A stretch of DNA of 64,000 nucleotides from Epithemia pelagica (taxonomy: Eukaryota; Protista; Bacillariophyta). The stretch covers positions 2,480,001-2,544,000 of the forward strand of contig OX337239.1 of NCBI GenBank assembly GCA_946965045.2, given 5' to 3'. Each line of letters opens with the position of its first letter. The first letter of the stretch is position 1. Below the pieces are notes generated by a model that saw only the letters and a list, made by a program, of their open reading frames with translations, was not told the origin of the DNA and did no database searches. Below are positions 30,501 to 40,414 of this stretch, one piece after another. The position numbers were made by a program, and so were the translations under genes.

Positions 30501-30764
30501 GCCCGTCATTTAGTCCACCATTTGCAACTGATTAAGCAAACATTGGAAAATCCGAAACCAGCACCAATGCCGCGCAAGAAATCCATCAAGAAACTGACCA
30601 ACAAGAATACATCACCTAGTTCCGCTGCCGACACCACCACACCAGAGAGCAAAGCAGGCCTCGAAGAAGAAGCTGAAGACGAGAGTAGCCCTGTTCCAAA
30701 CGAGAGTAGCGCGGAACAAGGTGACGGAGACGAGTCACCGGTCGTGGAAGCAACTGAACTTTAA
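27522..30764 (+). CDS. Large acidic disordered nuclear protein with S/T-Q clusters and a small conserved-looking C-terminal helical domain
   Basis: ORF from ATG 27522 (1080 aa). About 23 SQ/TQ dipeptides; NLS-like RTRKKAK and GKKKKAK; ordered block [10 protein letters not shown]...QQAFNNDLV...[20 protein letters not shown]. Confidence 0.85.
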   Translation: [1080 protein letters not shown]

Positions 30765-31110
30765 TAACAACGAGTCGAGTTCCTTCTCCCAGAAGCTATT
30801 CCGCATGTTCTCCGAGTTTCCTTAACTTTAACGCTCGGGGCTCAGATTCATGAAGAGTCCTGCTGCAATGAGAACTTTGCATGTCTCCAATGTTTGGAGG
30901 CATATGGATGAGTAAGACTGTCCTACTTATCTTTTTGGGCAAAATATGGTTAATTCGATCTGCCCCATAAGTAGACATAGCTCCAACCAAAGTATCTAAC
31001 GGCTCACTTAATTTTGTTATAAGTTTCCATGCTCTAAACCCCGAAACGAGTCAATGGAATAGCGAGCTCCATACAATGACCAACACTCATCTGTGGCCGC
31101 ATTCGTTGTT

Positions 31111-31827
31111 CTATTCATCTCGTTCTTCGAGCAACGATAGACCGCGTAGCAATTCATCCTCTTGGTCATCATCATCGGAATCATCGTCATTCGTCAAATC
31201 AAAATCTGCCGATGACATGTCTCCATTGTAGGAGTCATCGCGTTGCAAGAAGCCCGGTCGTAAACGAGGTTGCTCTTCCTCTTTCAAAGTTGGCAAATCT
31301 AGCTCACGCGGCAGAAAATTCATTGGATCGGGAGACGTGGCCACTCTTCGGTGTCGCCAAACGCGCAACATACGGCGTTTCGGAGACAACGACTTGGAAG
31401 CAAAAGAATTCGCAGCTCCGGCTGGAGGTGATTGTCTCAAGGAATTGCTTCCCCGATAGGGTGGCAATACCAAAGACTCATTCGTATTTTGTTTTGCCGA
31501 AAGGAGGGGACGATTGGGATGCGGTCGAAACCAAAAGAGAGACTTGGTTGACTCTTGTTGAGAAGTAAACCGATGACTGCCATCCAAATGAAGCGGCAAC
31601 GATTTCGTACGTCGCAAAGTCACTGGCGTTCCGAGCGGAGCGGGGGGACGACCCTTGGCGATGCGAGCGTGTTCGATGACAGGTTGTTTTTTGTGGGGAG
31701 ATACTTCCCATGAAGGCAAATGAGCGAGCAAAAGGTCTCCTCGTCTCTTTTGCAAATGTCGAGGGGAACCGTGAACAGGGGTAGTCGGAGTGGTCGGAGA
31801 CTTTTCGATTGTATCAAATTGCACCAT
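31111..31827 (-). CDS. Hypothetical disordered protein
   Basis: ORF from ATG 31827 (MVQFDTIEKSP...), S/P/R-rich with an acidic tail; no domain recognised. Confidence 0.65.
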   Translation of the reverse strand: MVQFDTIEKSPTTPTTPVHGSPRHLQKRRGDLLLAHLPSWEVSPHKKQPVIEHARIAKGRPPAPLGTPVTLRRTKSLPLHLDGSHRFTSQQESTKSLFWFRPHPNRPLLSAKQNTNESLVLPPYRGSNSLRQSPPAGAANSFASKSLSPKRRMLRVWRHRRVATSPDPMNFLPRELDLPTLKEEEQPRLRPGFLQRDDSYNGDMSSADFDLTNDDDSDDDDQEDELLRGLSLLEERDE

Positions 31828-31965
31828 TTTGGTAAGAGGAGATGAGATGAGATTGAGATGGGGGCCTTGCAAAATAAGGGAAGGCGTTGATTGTGAGTGT
31901 TGGAAGGTGGAAGGTGATGACAATCCCTCAACTTTCTGCTACGATTCTACGATGGGGGAAGCGCT

Positions 31966-32071
31966 GCGCGAACGAACGAAAGTTGTGCAAGTGGGATGTA
32001 ACCCCCTAACTTATAACTTATCACCGGAACATTGATGCGCGCGAACGAACGAAAGTTGCAAGTGGGATGTA
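31966..32071. repeat. 33-35 bp direct repeat pair upstream of the 31827 gene
   Basis: gcgcgaacgaacgaaagttg(tg)caagtgggatgta at 31966-32000 and 32039-32071. Confidence 0.9.
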
Positions 32072-33657
32072 TAATGTATAACGATCTTGCATCTTCTCCT
32101 GGAAAGCAAGACCTCCTGATCCCACAAAACGAAAGGGGCAATGCTATCACGTCTGGTAGTCGCCTAAGTATTCATGTCATGGATAAATTAAACATAGACA
32201 CTTCACGATCACGACGAAAAGGCAATTTTCGAAACTCTCTTTCGGAACAGAAGCGCTTAGGCCCTATCTACTGTTTGCGCTATAGCTCACTTTCCACGTC
32301 AATGCCTGATCGTCAAAAGCCTGCATGTACTCTCGTGACTGTGAGGAAAGGTGTACTATCAATACGCACGCTCGCCACACCATCCTTCATGCCGTACGCA
32401 TACATAGAACTATCCCGGTTGCGCAATGCGCAATACATTCTCTTCGAGCGGACCCATTCGTGGCGATTATGGCCCTACCATCCCAGATATCGCATATCGC
32501 GTGTAAATGTTTCGGGAGAGAATTTGGTACGAGCGAGGAGGGCATTTTCCCTATCTCAATTTATGATTCGTTCACATTTTACACGTCTCGTTCCAATCTT
32601 GTGGATCATTCATCGGGACTGCCATGATCTAAGAAACAGTAACGACTCATAACAAATACACGTAAGTGCTTCCACGAATCATGTCGCTGAAGCCATGCAA
32701 GATATGAAAGAAGCTCGACGAGAAGACATCTATCTACAACTTGCAAAGACGGGCTCGCTGTTACAAGATCGATTAGAGTTTGTACATCTATTCCCGTTAT
32801 AGTGAGAGCTATCTAACACAATCATTCACCAGTCAACGCTTTCTGTAGATGAGCTATCCTTAGTGTCATTGGGAGTCCAAGTTACAACATGATATGCATC
32901 ATTGCTCCTTGGTTTATGTATGTACGCAACATGTGCCTCCTCCTTTTGGCATCGCAATACTAACTCCATAGGGACTGGGTGAAACAGACCTGCAGCGCGT
33001 AGTGCAGTCCACAACCACAATATTGTCTTTCACCAATACACAACTCAACACAACAGCATCGTCATCCTCAAATGTAATTGTCTCCTCGTCTATTCACATT
33101 CTGTGACGGGCGACCCTCCTCAAAGAAGACGCGACGCTTGACACAGGGAGTTACATCAATACTAAGTACTCCTATTGTTTAGGAGTAGTTTGTAGTTCCT
33201 ACGAAAGACGTACTCCTAGTTTTTCTTTGTTCACCGCTATCCCGCATACTCATACAACACTTCTTTTTCCGCATACTCGGCTTTTCCATAAAGCCTGTTC
33301 CCTTTGAGGCTATGCGGGAACTGTTGGAATACGCCCATGGTCTGTTAGGTCAGAGATCAGGTCAAGAAATCTATGCTAGAATAGGTCATAATAACAACTT
33401 GACTGGTAGCCACATGTTGATGCATGTCATTGGCCCACTAGCCACGAAACGAAACGACATCAACCCAAGCTGGTTGGTGGTGCGTCCTCTCCGTCTTCCC
33501 CTCCGTACTTTGATTGTTGGTCCGTAACGCATGTCTCATGACATACGAGACAAACATATATCGACAATATGTTATACCAAGGACTCGACATTTGGAAACA
33601 TGTCATGGTTCATGCACTTCTCTCGCTCTCTTGGTGTTGTTGTGGCCGCGTCTACAC

Positions 33658-36357
33658 TCAAGTTTTGATTCCACGGAAATTGCTGCTGCGCTTGCCCACA
33701 TCAAAGCTTTTTCCGAATTTCCACACGGGTCGTTTGGTGTCCAGGCTTGTGGAAGGTTCACCAATGGTGGAGGAGGACGAGGAGGAAAACGATTGCAATT
33801 GATACCGTTTGGCCTCTAGACGTGTCAATGTCAACAGAGGGTCGGGCAGGCCCAGTGGATGCACCCATGTATCCATGACATGCTCTACCAGGGTTTGCTC
33901 TTGAGTATCCTCCTCTGTTTCAGCTTCGTGTTGTTGTTGATGTGTCTTGATGAGTTTCTCCTCGGCCTCTTCTGGCACAGTCAAGGGTCTTTCCCGCATG
34001 ATTTTCAGAGAGCGCATCGTGACCCGACTGTCGGCCAACATACTTAATGCCATGGATCGGGCCGCCTGGTGCAATTCCTGTAACACTGTAAGTTCTTGTC
34101 GTCCAGAATTGGCAGCAATTGATGATGATGATGACATGGATTGGAACTGCGATAGGAGTTGCATTTGAATCTCTTCTACCAACGGATCCAAAGCCCCATA
34201 TCCCACCATGGTCTCAGGATTGTTGGGCACCGGTGTGGTGGAGTCGTTCTTTTCTCCAGGCCGCGAGAACGACTCTTGCGGTATCCATTTTGGTTTCGTT
34301 TGTCCCACAGACTCAAAGTGATTTGCGAGAAGAGATTCCTCCCATTCCGTCAAAATCCACAAACCGGTTACGTCACGAGGCATCATTTCGTTATGGGATG
34401 TTTCCTTTGCAAAACACAGGTGGTCAAACAGAAATGAGCCAGCCCGACGATCCGTCGTGGTCAGACCCACTTGGACGACATGAGTCCTTATTGTCTTTGT
34501 ACTGTTGGAATGATTGTGTCCTGCAGTAGACGGAACGGAGGACTGATGATTGTTCCAAAACTCTTGTAGATCACTTGCCGCAATAAACAAAACAGCGGGC
34601 GACGTTGTAACGTCTTGAACAAAGCACTGGTGCACAAACTGCCGTCGACGGACGAAATGATCTGCTGGTTCCTTTGCCCATTCGGGCGACATGGAGGATG
34701 GCCATTCCAAGACACGAGCCGCTAAATGGAACTGAAACAGGCGAGCAAACCATGTCTTTTGTTCCAACGTGGAAAACACAACCACAATCTTGTCCTTGTG
34801 GTTGGTTGCGGGAAATGACCCTCTGTTGGTAGTAAGGAGATGCAATAGTATTTGTACCGTTCCCCACAGCATTTGATCCTCTGGTAACACTTGAACCTGT
34901 ACAGGCCGAACTGCAGTGGTCGTAGTATCCAAAGCTTGCAGGGTTGTGGACGGGGAAGTTTCCGTGGCCGTGGTCGTTTGGGGAGTCTCGTGTGGTTGTT
35001 GTTGTCGATGCTTTGTGGAAGGGTGGCGTCCATGGTTCTGTGGACTTGTAGTAAAAGGGGCCGTGTAGGAGTGCCCCCCGTGTGGAAGACGAGTCCTGGT
35101 TGGATTGGATACTCGTAGTAGACGCTTGTCCTTGGTTTCCAATCCTGGACGGCTCGGTTCCCATGGCATGGGCAATGCCGTTAGAGACAGCGGCACGGCT
35201 GCAGATCGTTCTTGTTGTCGTTGTTGTTGTTGTTGTGGTGGTGGTGGTGTCACGAACCGAATCCACGAGTGTCGACCGTGTCGTTTCGCATACTGCTGTT
35301 CGACCCTTTTCATGTCCCGTTGCATTTTGCCTCTCAAACCGATGCCATGGTTAAGAATACACAACACGTCGTCCTTGTCCTTGTCGTTATTGTTATCCTC
35401 CTCATTCTTGTGGCAGTCGTCGTCCGTAGAAGGGAGAGTAGCAGTTGCTCTTTGGCTCATGGCTGGAGCAGACACAGTTGTTGCGCTTGCTGCTGCTGTT
35501 GTTGTGAAGGATGACGAGTGAATGTTGTCCTTGTTGTTGTCATTGTTGTGAGTGTGACGAGTAGCAGTTGCGGATGAATCTTGCTTTTGCTGCTGCTGCT
35601 GCTGTTGTTGTTTTTGGAAATAGGAGATCATGTCCTGAGGCAGTCCAATCCAAATCGGAGGAGGAACAGTTTGCGAACTGACAGCGTCGACACCCACATG
35701 GTTGTTGTTATTGTTGTCGTTGTCCTGTACATGGTCCTGTCGTGCTTTTGTCGTTTTGGGAACAGACGGAGCACTCGTCGTGCCATCTCCATTTCGTGGA
35801 TGTTGTTGTTGTTGCTGCTGCAGCAAAAGGGTGTAAAGTTCTTGGACCGATTGGGGAGAGGAGGTGACAATCCAAACTTGATGACGACGACGATGATGAT
35901 GACTCTTGTCCGTCCCATGAATATGATGCAAGGCCAAATCCACCATGGCCTGATTACGAAAGGGACCGGGTGGAATCCAATCGACAATTCTGGGTCGTCG
36001 TTTTCGTTTGGATCGTCGTGGAAGAGTCACAGTATCGTTGCTGTTGTTGTTGTTGTTGGCTAGTGATGGTGGTGGATCCAACAAGGATTGCACCAGTGGA
36101 GAATGAGGGTAATAATGGGAGGATGAATCATAATGTGATGACTTGCTGACAGGTGGTGGCTTGGAGGACGAGTACGAGTATGAGGACATCACCGAGCCAA
36201 AGCACCCTTCACCACCCGCATTTCGGTTCCAACGAGGATTCCAAAGAATGGACCACCGTGAAGACCCGACGAATGGACGTGACCACCACAACCGCATCAT
36301 TGTCCGAACACGAGGCCGATTTGCTGCACATGTCAAGGGACATGGCCATGATGCCAT
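33658..36357 (-). CDS. Probable organellar protein with a degenerate DEAD-box (Mss116/Has1-like) helicase fold, lacking catalytic motifs
   Basis: R/W/S-rich presequence-like N-terminus. KIVVVFSTLEQKTWFARLF..RVLEW, AVLFIAASD, HVVQVGL and GLWILTEWEESLL follow the order of DEAD-box RecA2 motifs IV, V and downstream. No GKT, DEAD, SAT or HRxGRxxR. Confidence 0.55.
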   Translation of the reverse strand: MASWPCPLTCAANRPRVRTMMRLWWSRPFVGSSRWSILWNPRWNRNAGGEGCFGSVMSSYSYSSSKPPPVSKSSHYDSSSHYYPHSPLVQSLLDPPPSLANNNNNSNDTVTLPRRSKRKRRPRIVDWIPPGPFRNQAMVDLALHHIHGTDKSHHHRRRHQVWIVTSSPQSVQELYTLLLQQQQQQHPRNGDGTTSAPSVPKTTKARQDHVQDNDNNNNNHVGVDAVSSQTVPPPIWIGLPQDMISYFQKQQQQQQQQKQDSSATATRHTHNNDNNKDNIHSSSFTTTAAASATTVSAPAMSQRATATLPSTDDDCHKNEEDNNNDKDKDDVLCILNHGIGLRGKMQRDMKRVEQQYAKRHGRHSWIRFVTPPPPQQQQQRQQERSAAVPLSLTALPMPWEPSRPGLETKDKRLLRVSNPTRTRLPHGGHSYTAPFTTSPQNHGRHPSTKHRQQQPHETPQTTTATETSPSTTLQALDTTTTAVRPVQVQVLPEDQMLWGTVQILLHLLTTNRGSFPATNHKDKIVVVFSTLEQKTWFARLFQFHLAARVLEWPSSMSPEWAKEPADHFVRRRQFVHQCFVQDVTTSPAVLFIAASDLQEFWNNHQSSVPSTAGHNHSNSTKTIRTHVVQVGLTTTDRRAGSFLFDHLCFAKETSHNEMMPRDVTGLWILTEWEESLLANHFESVGQTKPKWIPQESFSRPGEKNDSTTPVPNNPETMVGYGALDPLVEEIQMQLLSQFQSMSSSSSIAANSGRQELTVLQELHQAARSMALSMLADSRVTMRSLKIMRERPLTVPEEAEEKLIKTHQQQHEAETEEDTQEQTLVEHVMDTWVHPLGLPDPLLTLTRLEAKRYQLQSFSSSSSSTIGEPSTSLDTKRPVWKFGKSFDVGKRSSNFRGIKT

Positions 36358-36573
36358 GAAAGATTTTTTTTGTACCTAGATACCGGTAGATATTTATGGG
36401 TTGACATTATTTTGTTGGTGCAGACGCACGACGGACGTACAAAGACAGTGGGCGCGCGTGCGCGTCGCCGGGTGTTGTCACGCCGCGCATATTGTTTTTT
36501 GTTTTTCCAAAAAAATGAGGCGCAAGTCTCTCTCGTTCTTCCTTTTGGGCCGTCCCGAGAAAGAGTTTGAGCA

Positions 36574-37687
36574 ATGGAGGGAACGTCGGTGGACGACGGT
36601 TTCGAATGGACCATGCCCAATCGACTCAACCGTGTCCAATTCCAACGCGGACTCACGCCTCCGCCATCGACAGATGGGTCAACCTCTTCACTTGATTCTG
36701 ATGGTGACGCCATTCTGGAACCGACTTGCTTGCGTCCACGGGATATCAACGGAGTGTACCGATGCACGTTGAAGCCAGGCAATAACGATAATGTGACCGC
36801 TCCAGGATTGCCAATACGCTACCATCGGTGGGTCGACAAACCATGCTTGGCGGATTCTGACTTGATCACGTCCACAGAGGACAATGAAGTGACAACAAGT
36901 GACAAGTCAAAAGTGGGAGATTCCACAGGAGATACCAAGGAACCCAAAACGTCGCGCGCGAGGGGATTGGAGGAATGGACGTGCCAGAATTGCGAAGCCG
37001 TGAATCCGAACGACGAATCCGAGTGCCTGCAGTGCCAAGCACAAAGGGCTGAGAAACCCACAACATCCACGTGGGATATAGCTGTCTTAAAAGATAACGC
37101 AAGTGGGTGGAAATGCTCCACATGCTTCTCCCAAAATCCAGAGACAGTAAGAAACTGTCTCTCTTGTGATGCAGAACGCTTCCCGAGTGACAAACCTCCA
37201 GACAAGGCAGAACAATCAAAGAAAACAAGCAATGGAAACCCAGCACGACAGACGCAGCCAAAGAACGAGTCCAACGGGGTAACAGGCTCGATTGGATCGA
37301 GCGGTTTTTTTTACGTTTGGTCCCTCCTCTGCGCCGAAACAACCGTCCGCGGCCAACGCCACGTCGTCCTCACCCTCCTTTGGGTCGTTCGGCTTTGGAA
37401 CAGCAACGACGAAAGCCACAACTACCGGAGGGAAAGAAAACAGTAATCCAAACTCCTCCGGAGGCTTTAACTTCCAGTCGTCCACGTTTGGCACATGGAC
37501 CAGTACGGATAAAACAGACAAAGCCTCCGGGGTGCCAGGATTCACATTCTCCAGTTCTGCATCGACGTCCCTGTCAACATTGCTATCCATGGCACCAACG
37601 GCAGCCATAGCCACCGCCAAATCTTCCGCACCACCTTCCATAACGTTTGGTTCGCCTTCGTCACAATACAGCACCCTCAAACCCTGA
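36574..37687 (+). pseudogene. RanBP2-type zinc finger x2 + FG-repeat nucleoporin-like gene, interrupted by a +1 frameshift (pseudogene or homopolymer assembly error)
   Basis: WTCQNCEAVNPNDESECLQC and WKCSTCFSQNPETVRNCLSC fit W-x-C-x2-C-x3-N-x6-C-x2-C. FG repeats (TFG, SFGSFGFG, FNF, TFG, FTF) are in the next frame after the T8 run at 37305-37312. Confidence 0.75.
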
Positions 37688-38203
37688 CAAGAATGCTGCG
37701 GCACTGCAACGATGGGGACAATGGCACCTATCGCCGACAAAATTGCAACTCCAACACTTTTTGTTTGGGACGACGCCATTGATTCCGGCTGCGAACGCAA
37801 CCCAGGTCCCCGGCCCCTACGAACGGGACAGGTACAGCCGGTTGCTTCTAGAACATAGGAGCAACATATAGGAGTAACTACCTTTGCACCCCGTATGTCT
37901 ACCTACTCTATTGAAAGCTGATAGCCGACCATGGAATGGTGTCACAGACTTTTTGCGCGACTGGAAAAGAAGGCACACATATAGAGCTTCGCCTTTGTCG
38001 TTGCGTGCAATAAAGAGAGATGAGATGAAAGAGGTTGAGAGTTATCCTGCTTCATTGTGGTCATAATTGTGCGAAAACAAGAGAAGAAGAAGAATACGTA
38101 TAAAAATTCTATCCAGTTTCTTCAGGTCTCTTTCTCATCAAAAGCGAGAGACGTACCGTAAAGAAGACCGCCTTGGATCGCTTTTGCGTTCGGAACTTGA
38201 ATC

Positions 38204-40327
38204 ATGGCTACTACTAGCTCCGTATCATCTTCTTCGTCCTCTCGTTGTCGAACCTGGCGGATCCAATTGGGTATCTTCCCTTCCGGTATTACGGAAGCAG
38301 AAGAACAAGTCCTGTGGAAGCAAGAGTGCATTCACTACCAACAGTTGTTGGAACAACATCCCTTTCCCACAAGTGATCAAGACGAGGAGGACGAGAACGA
38401 GGACAACAACCAGGACGGTACGGAGAAGGAAGACCCATTATGTCAACAACAACAAGAACAACAATCTCAAGCACCGTCGTTGGATCCCTTGACAGCCATG
38501 ATGATGGAAGAACAGACGAAACAAGAACGGTTGCAAGAATTGGATTTGCAATATCGCAAAGAACGAGCGGGACGACGACGACAACGGCACACAAAAGGAG
38601 GCAACAGCAGTGTGATTGTCGAATCCGAAGAGTACGATGAAGCAGCCGTCACCTTGCAAATTATTGACAAGGATTTGCAACGATTGCCGCCACCACCGTC
38701 ATCATCATCATCATCATCACAGCAAGCCGTTTCGAATGCCTCTCGAGTGGTCTTGTTGCGACAAGTCTTGTTTGTCTACCATTGCACCACGCATCCCACT
38801 CCTGGATATCGACAAGGAATGCATGAAATTGCTTCGCATTTGTTACACGCCCATGAATTGGAACATGAAACTACAGTCGATGTACCACACGAAACTGCTG
38901 CTGCTGCTGCTGCTCATACCTTTGCCTTGCTGTGTGCCATTTTGGATCCCTTGCAACCCGCCTTTGATGTGGGAGTAGTTGTGACAGCGAGCTCTCCAAC
39001 CACAGCTACAGAAAGCACTTCTTCCTCCACACTACCGAGTCCTTCTGTGACAACACCGACAAGCCCCACGTCTTCCACCACCAACACATCAGCGGCTCCT
39101 ACAATTGTAGAAAAGCAACCCTTGGTGGCCTTGGGACGTCGTGTCTTGCAATGGACGGGACGCTATCATCCCCATTTAATTCTGTGTGTGCAACAAAAGG
39201 TTCAAGTTCCACCACAATTGTATTTGACCAAATGGATTCGATTGTTGTATAGTCGTGAATTGGAAACGGCTCGCACCGCCGTGTTGCCCCTCTGGGATGC
39301 CTGGTTGGAATTGACCTTGGAACATGCGGCAGCACAACAACAACAACAACAACAATCCCCGATACGACCCAACAATTATTGGTTGTTGCATATATTGGAA
39401 GCAGCGGCAGTAGCTCGTCTGTTGTTGCATGCACCAGCCATTTTGCAATCAGACGATCCCTTGCATTATCTCATGAATGTTCCACCTCAATCCACACAAT
39501 CCCTCCATGCTTGGCAAACCGTGACACGAGAATTACTCCAAGGCAAGACGACCCTCAGTCACGTCATTGTTGCGGCTGCACCACCGCCACCACCACCCGT
39601 TTCGTCTCCCACGACAACGACCAGGATGGGCGCTCCATCGGTCGATAGTGCCACCTTGTGGAGTCATCCACTTTCTGCTCTTACCACCGCATCCTCCACG
39701 GTCCACTCCAACGCGGCTTTGCCGGCAACCGCACACCCGACGAATCCCCTGCTGGACTCGGCCACAAATCCCAACCACAATCCATTCTTGTCGTCCTTGT
39801 CTGCGGGATGGAAACAAACCTTGGAACAAGCCAAGACCAAAACCCAATCCTTGTCCAAACGAATTTATCAAGAATGGGAACAGGCAGCCACCGCGGCTCA
39901 TCCACCATCGACTACTACTGCTACTACTACTTCCAGTACTGCAGCGGATGCTTCCTCCTCCTCCCCGTACAACATGGTGTACCGAGACGATCCGAACCAC
40001 GGCGGTACCCCATTAAGCGACAACAACAACACTCGAACGAGCAACCACGAATTCCAGGTCGGTTCCCAACCCAACCACCACCAAGAATTTGTCACACACA
40101 ATTTGACCATTGTGCAATCCTTTTTGACGCATTTGGAACATGAACAACAAGTATCTATACCAGCTACGGTATGGCAAGCCATGGCGGATTTACAACAACA
40201 TGCCGTGGGAGGACCTCTCCCTAGTACGAATACAGCGATTCGTCGTCGTCGTCCGGACACGGATGGTCGTTCTCCTCCTCCGACGGTCGGTGATCCACAC
40301 ACTGCGAGCAGTTACCTGGATCATTGA
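38204..40327 (+). CDS. TBC-domain Rab GTPase-activating protein (TBC1D5-like)
   Basis: IIDKDLQRL (IxxDxxR arginine finger); YRQGMHEIA (YxQ finger); YLTKWIRLLYSRE; LPLWDAWL. Confidence 0.9.
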   Translation: MATTSSVSSSSSSRCRTWRIQLGIFPSGITEAEEQVLWKQECIHYQQLLEQHPFPTSDQDEEDENEDNNQDGTEKEDPLCQQQQEQQSQAPSLDPLTAMMMEEQTKQERLQELDLQYRKERAGRRRQRHTKGGNSSVIVESEEYDEAAVTLQIIDKDLQRLPPPPSSSSSSSQQAVSNASRVVLLRQVLFVYHCTTHPTPGYRQGMHEIASHLLHAHELEHETTVDVPHETAAAAAAHTFALLCAILDPLQPAFDVGVVVTASSPTTATESTSSSTLPSPSVTTPTSPTSSTTNTSAAPTIVEKQPLVALGRRVLQWTGRYHPHLILCVQQKVQVPPQLYLTKWIRLLYSRELETARTAVLPLWDAWLELTLEHAAAQQQQQQQSPIRPNNYWLLHILEAAAVARLLLHAPAILQSDDPLHYLMNVPPQSTQSLHAWQTVTRELLQGKTTLSHVIVAAAPPPPPPVSSPTTTTRMGAPSVDSATLWSHPLSALTTASSTVHSNAALPATAHPTNPLLDSATNPNHNPFLSSLSAGWKQTLEQAKTKTQSLSKRIYQEWEQAATAAHPPSTTTATTTSSTAADASSSSPYNMVYRDDPNHGGTPLSDNNNTRTSNHEFQVGSQPNHHQEFVTHNLTIVQSFLTHLEHEQQVSIPATVWQAMADLQQHAVGGPLPSTNTAIRRRRPDTDGRSPPPTVGDPHTASSYLDH

Positions 40328-40414
40328 CGCAACACCAGAATAAAAAATCAAGGAATACACGTGCTACTCCTATAAAGGTAGAACTAACCATGGCAAGTGT
40401 TCCGCAAGAATAAA

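Noticed and set aside
32032-32652. 206-aa plus-strand ORF
   Set aside because: Non-ATG start, no motifs and non-coding-like composition.
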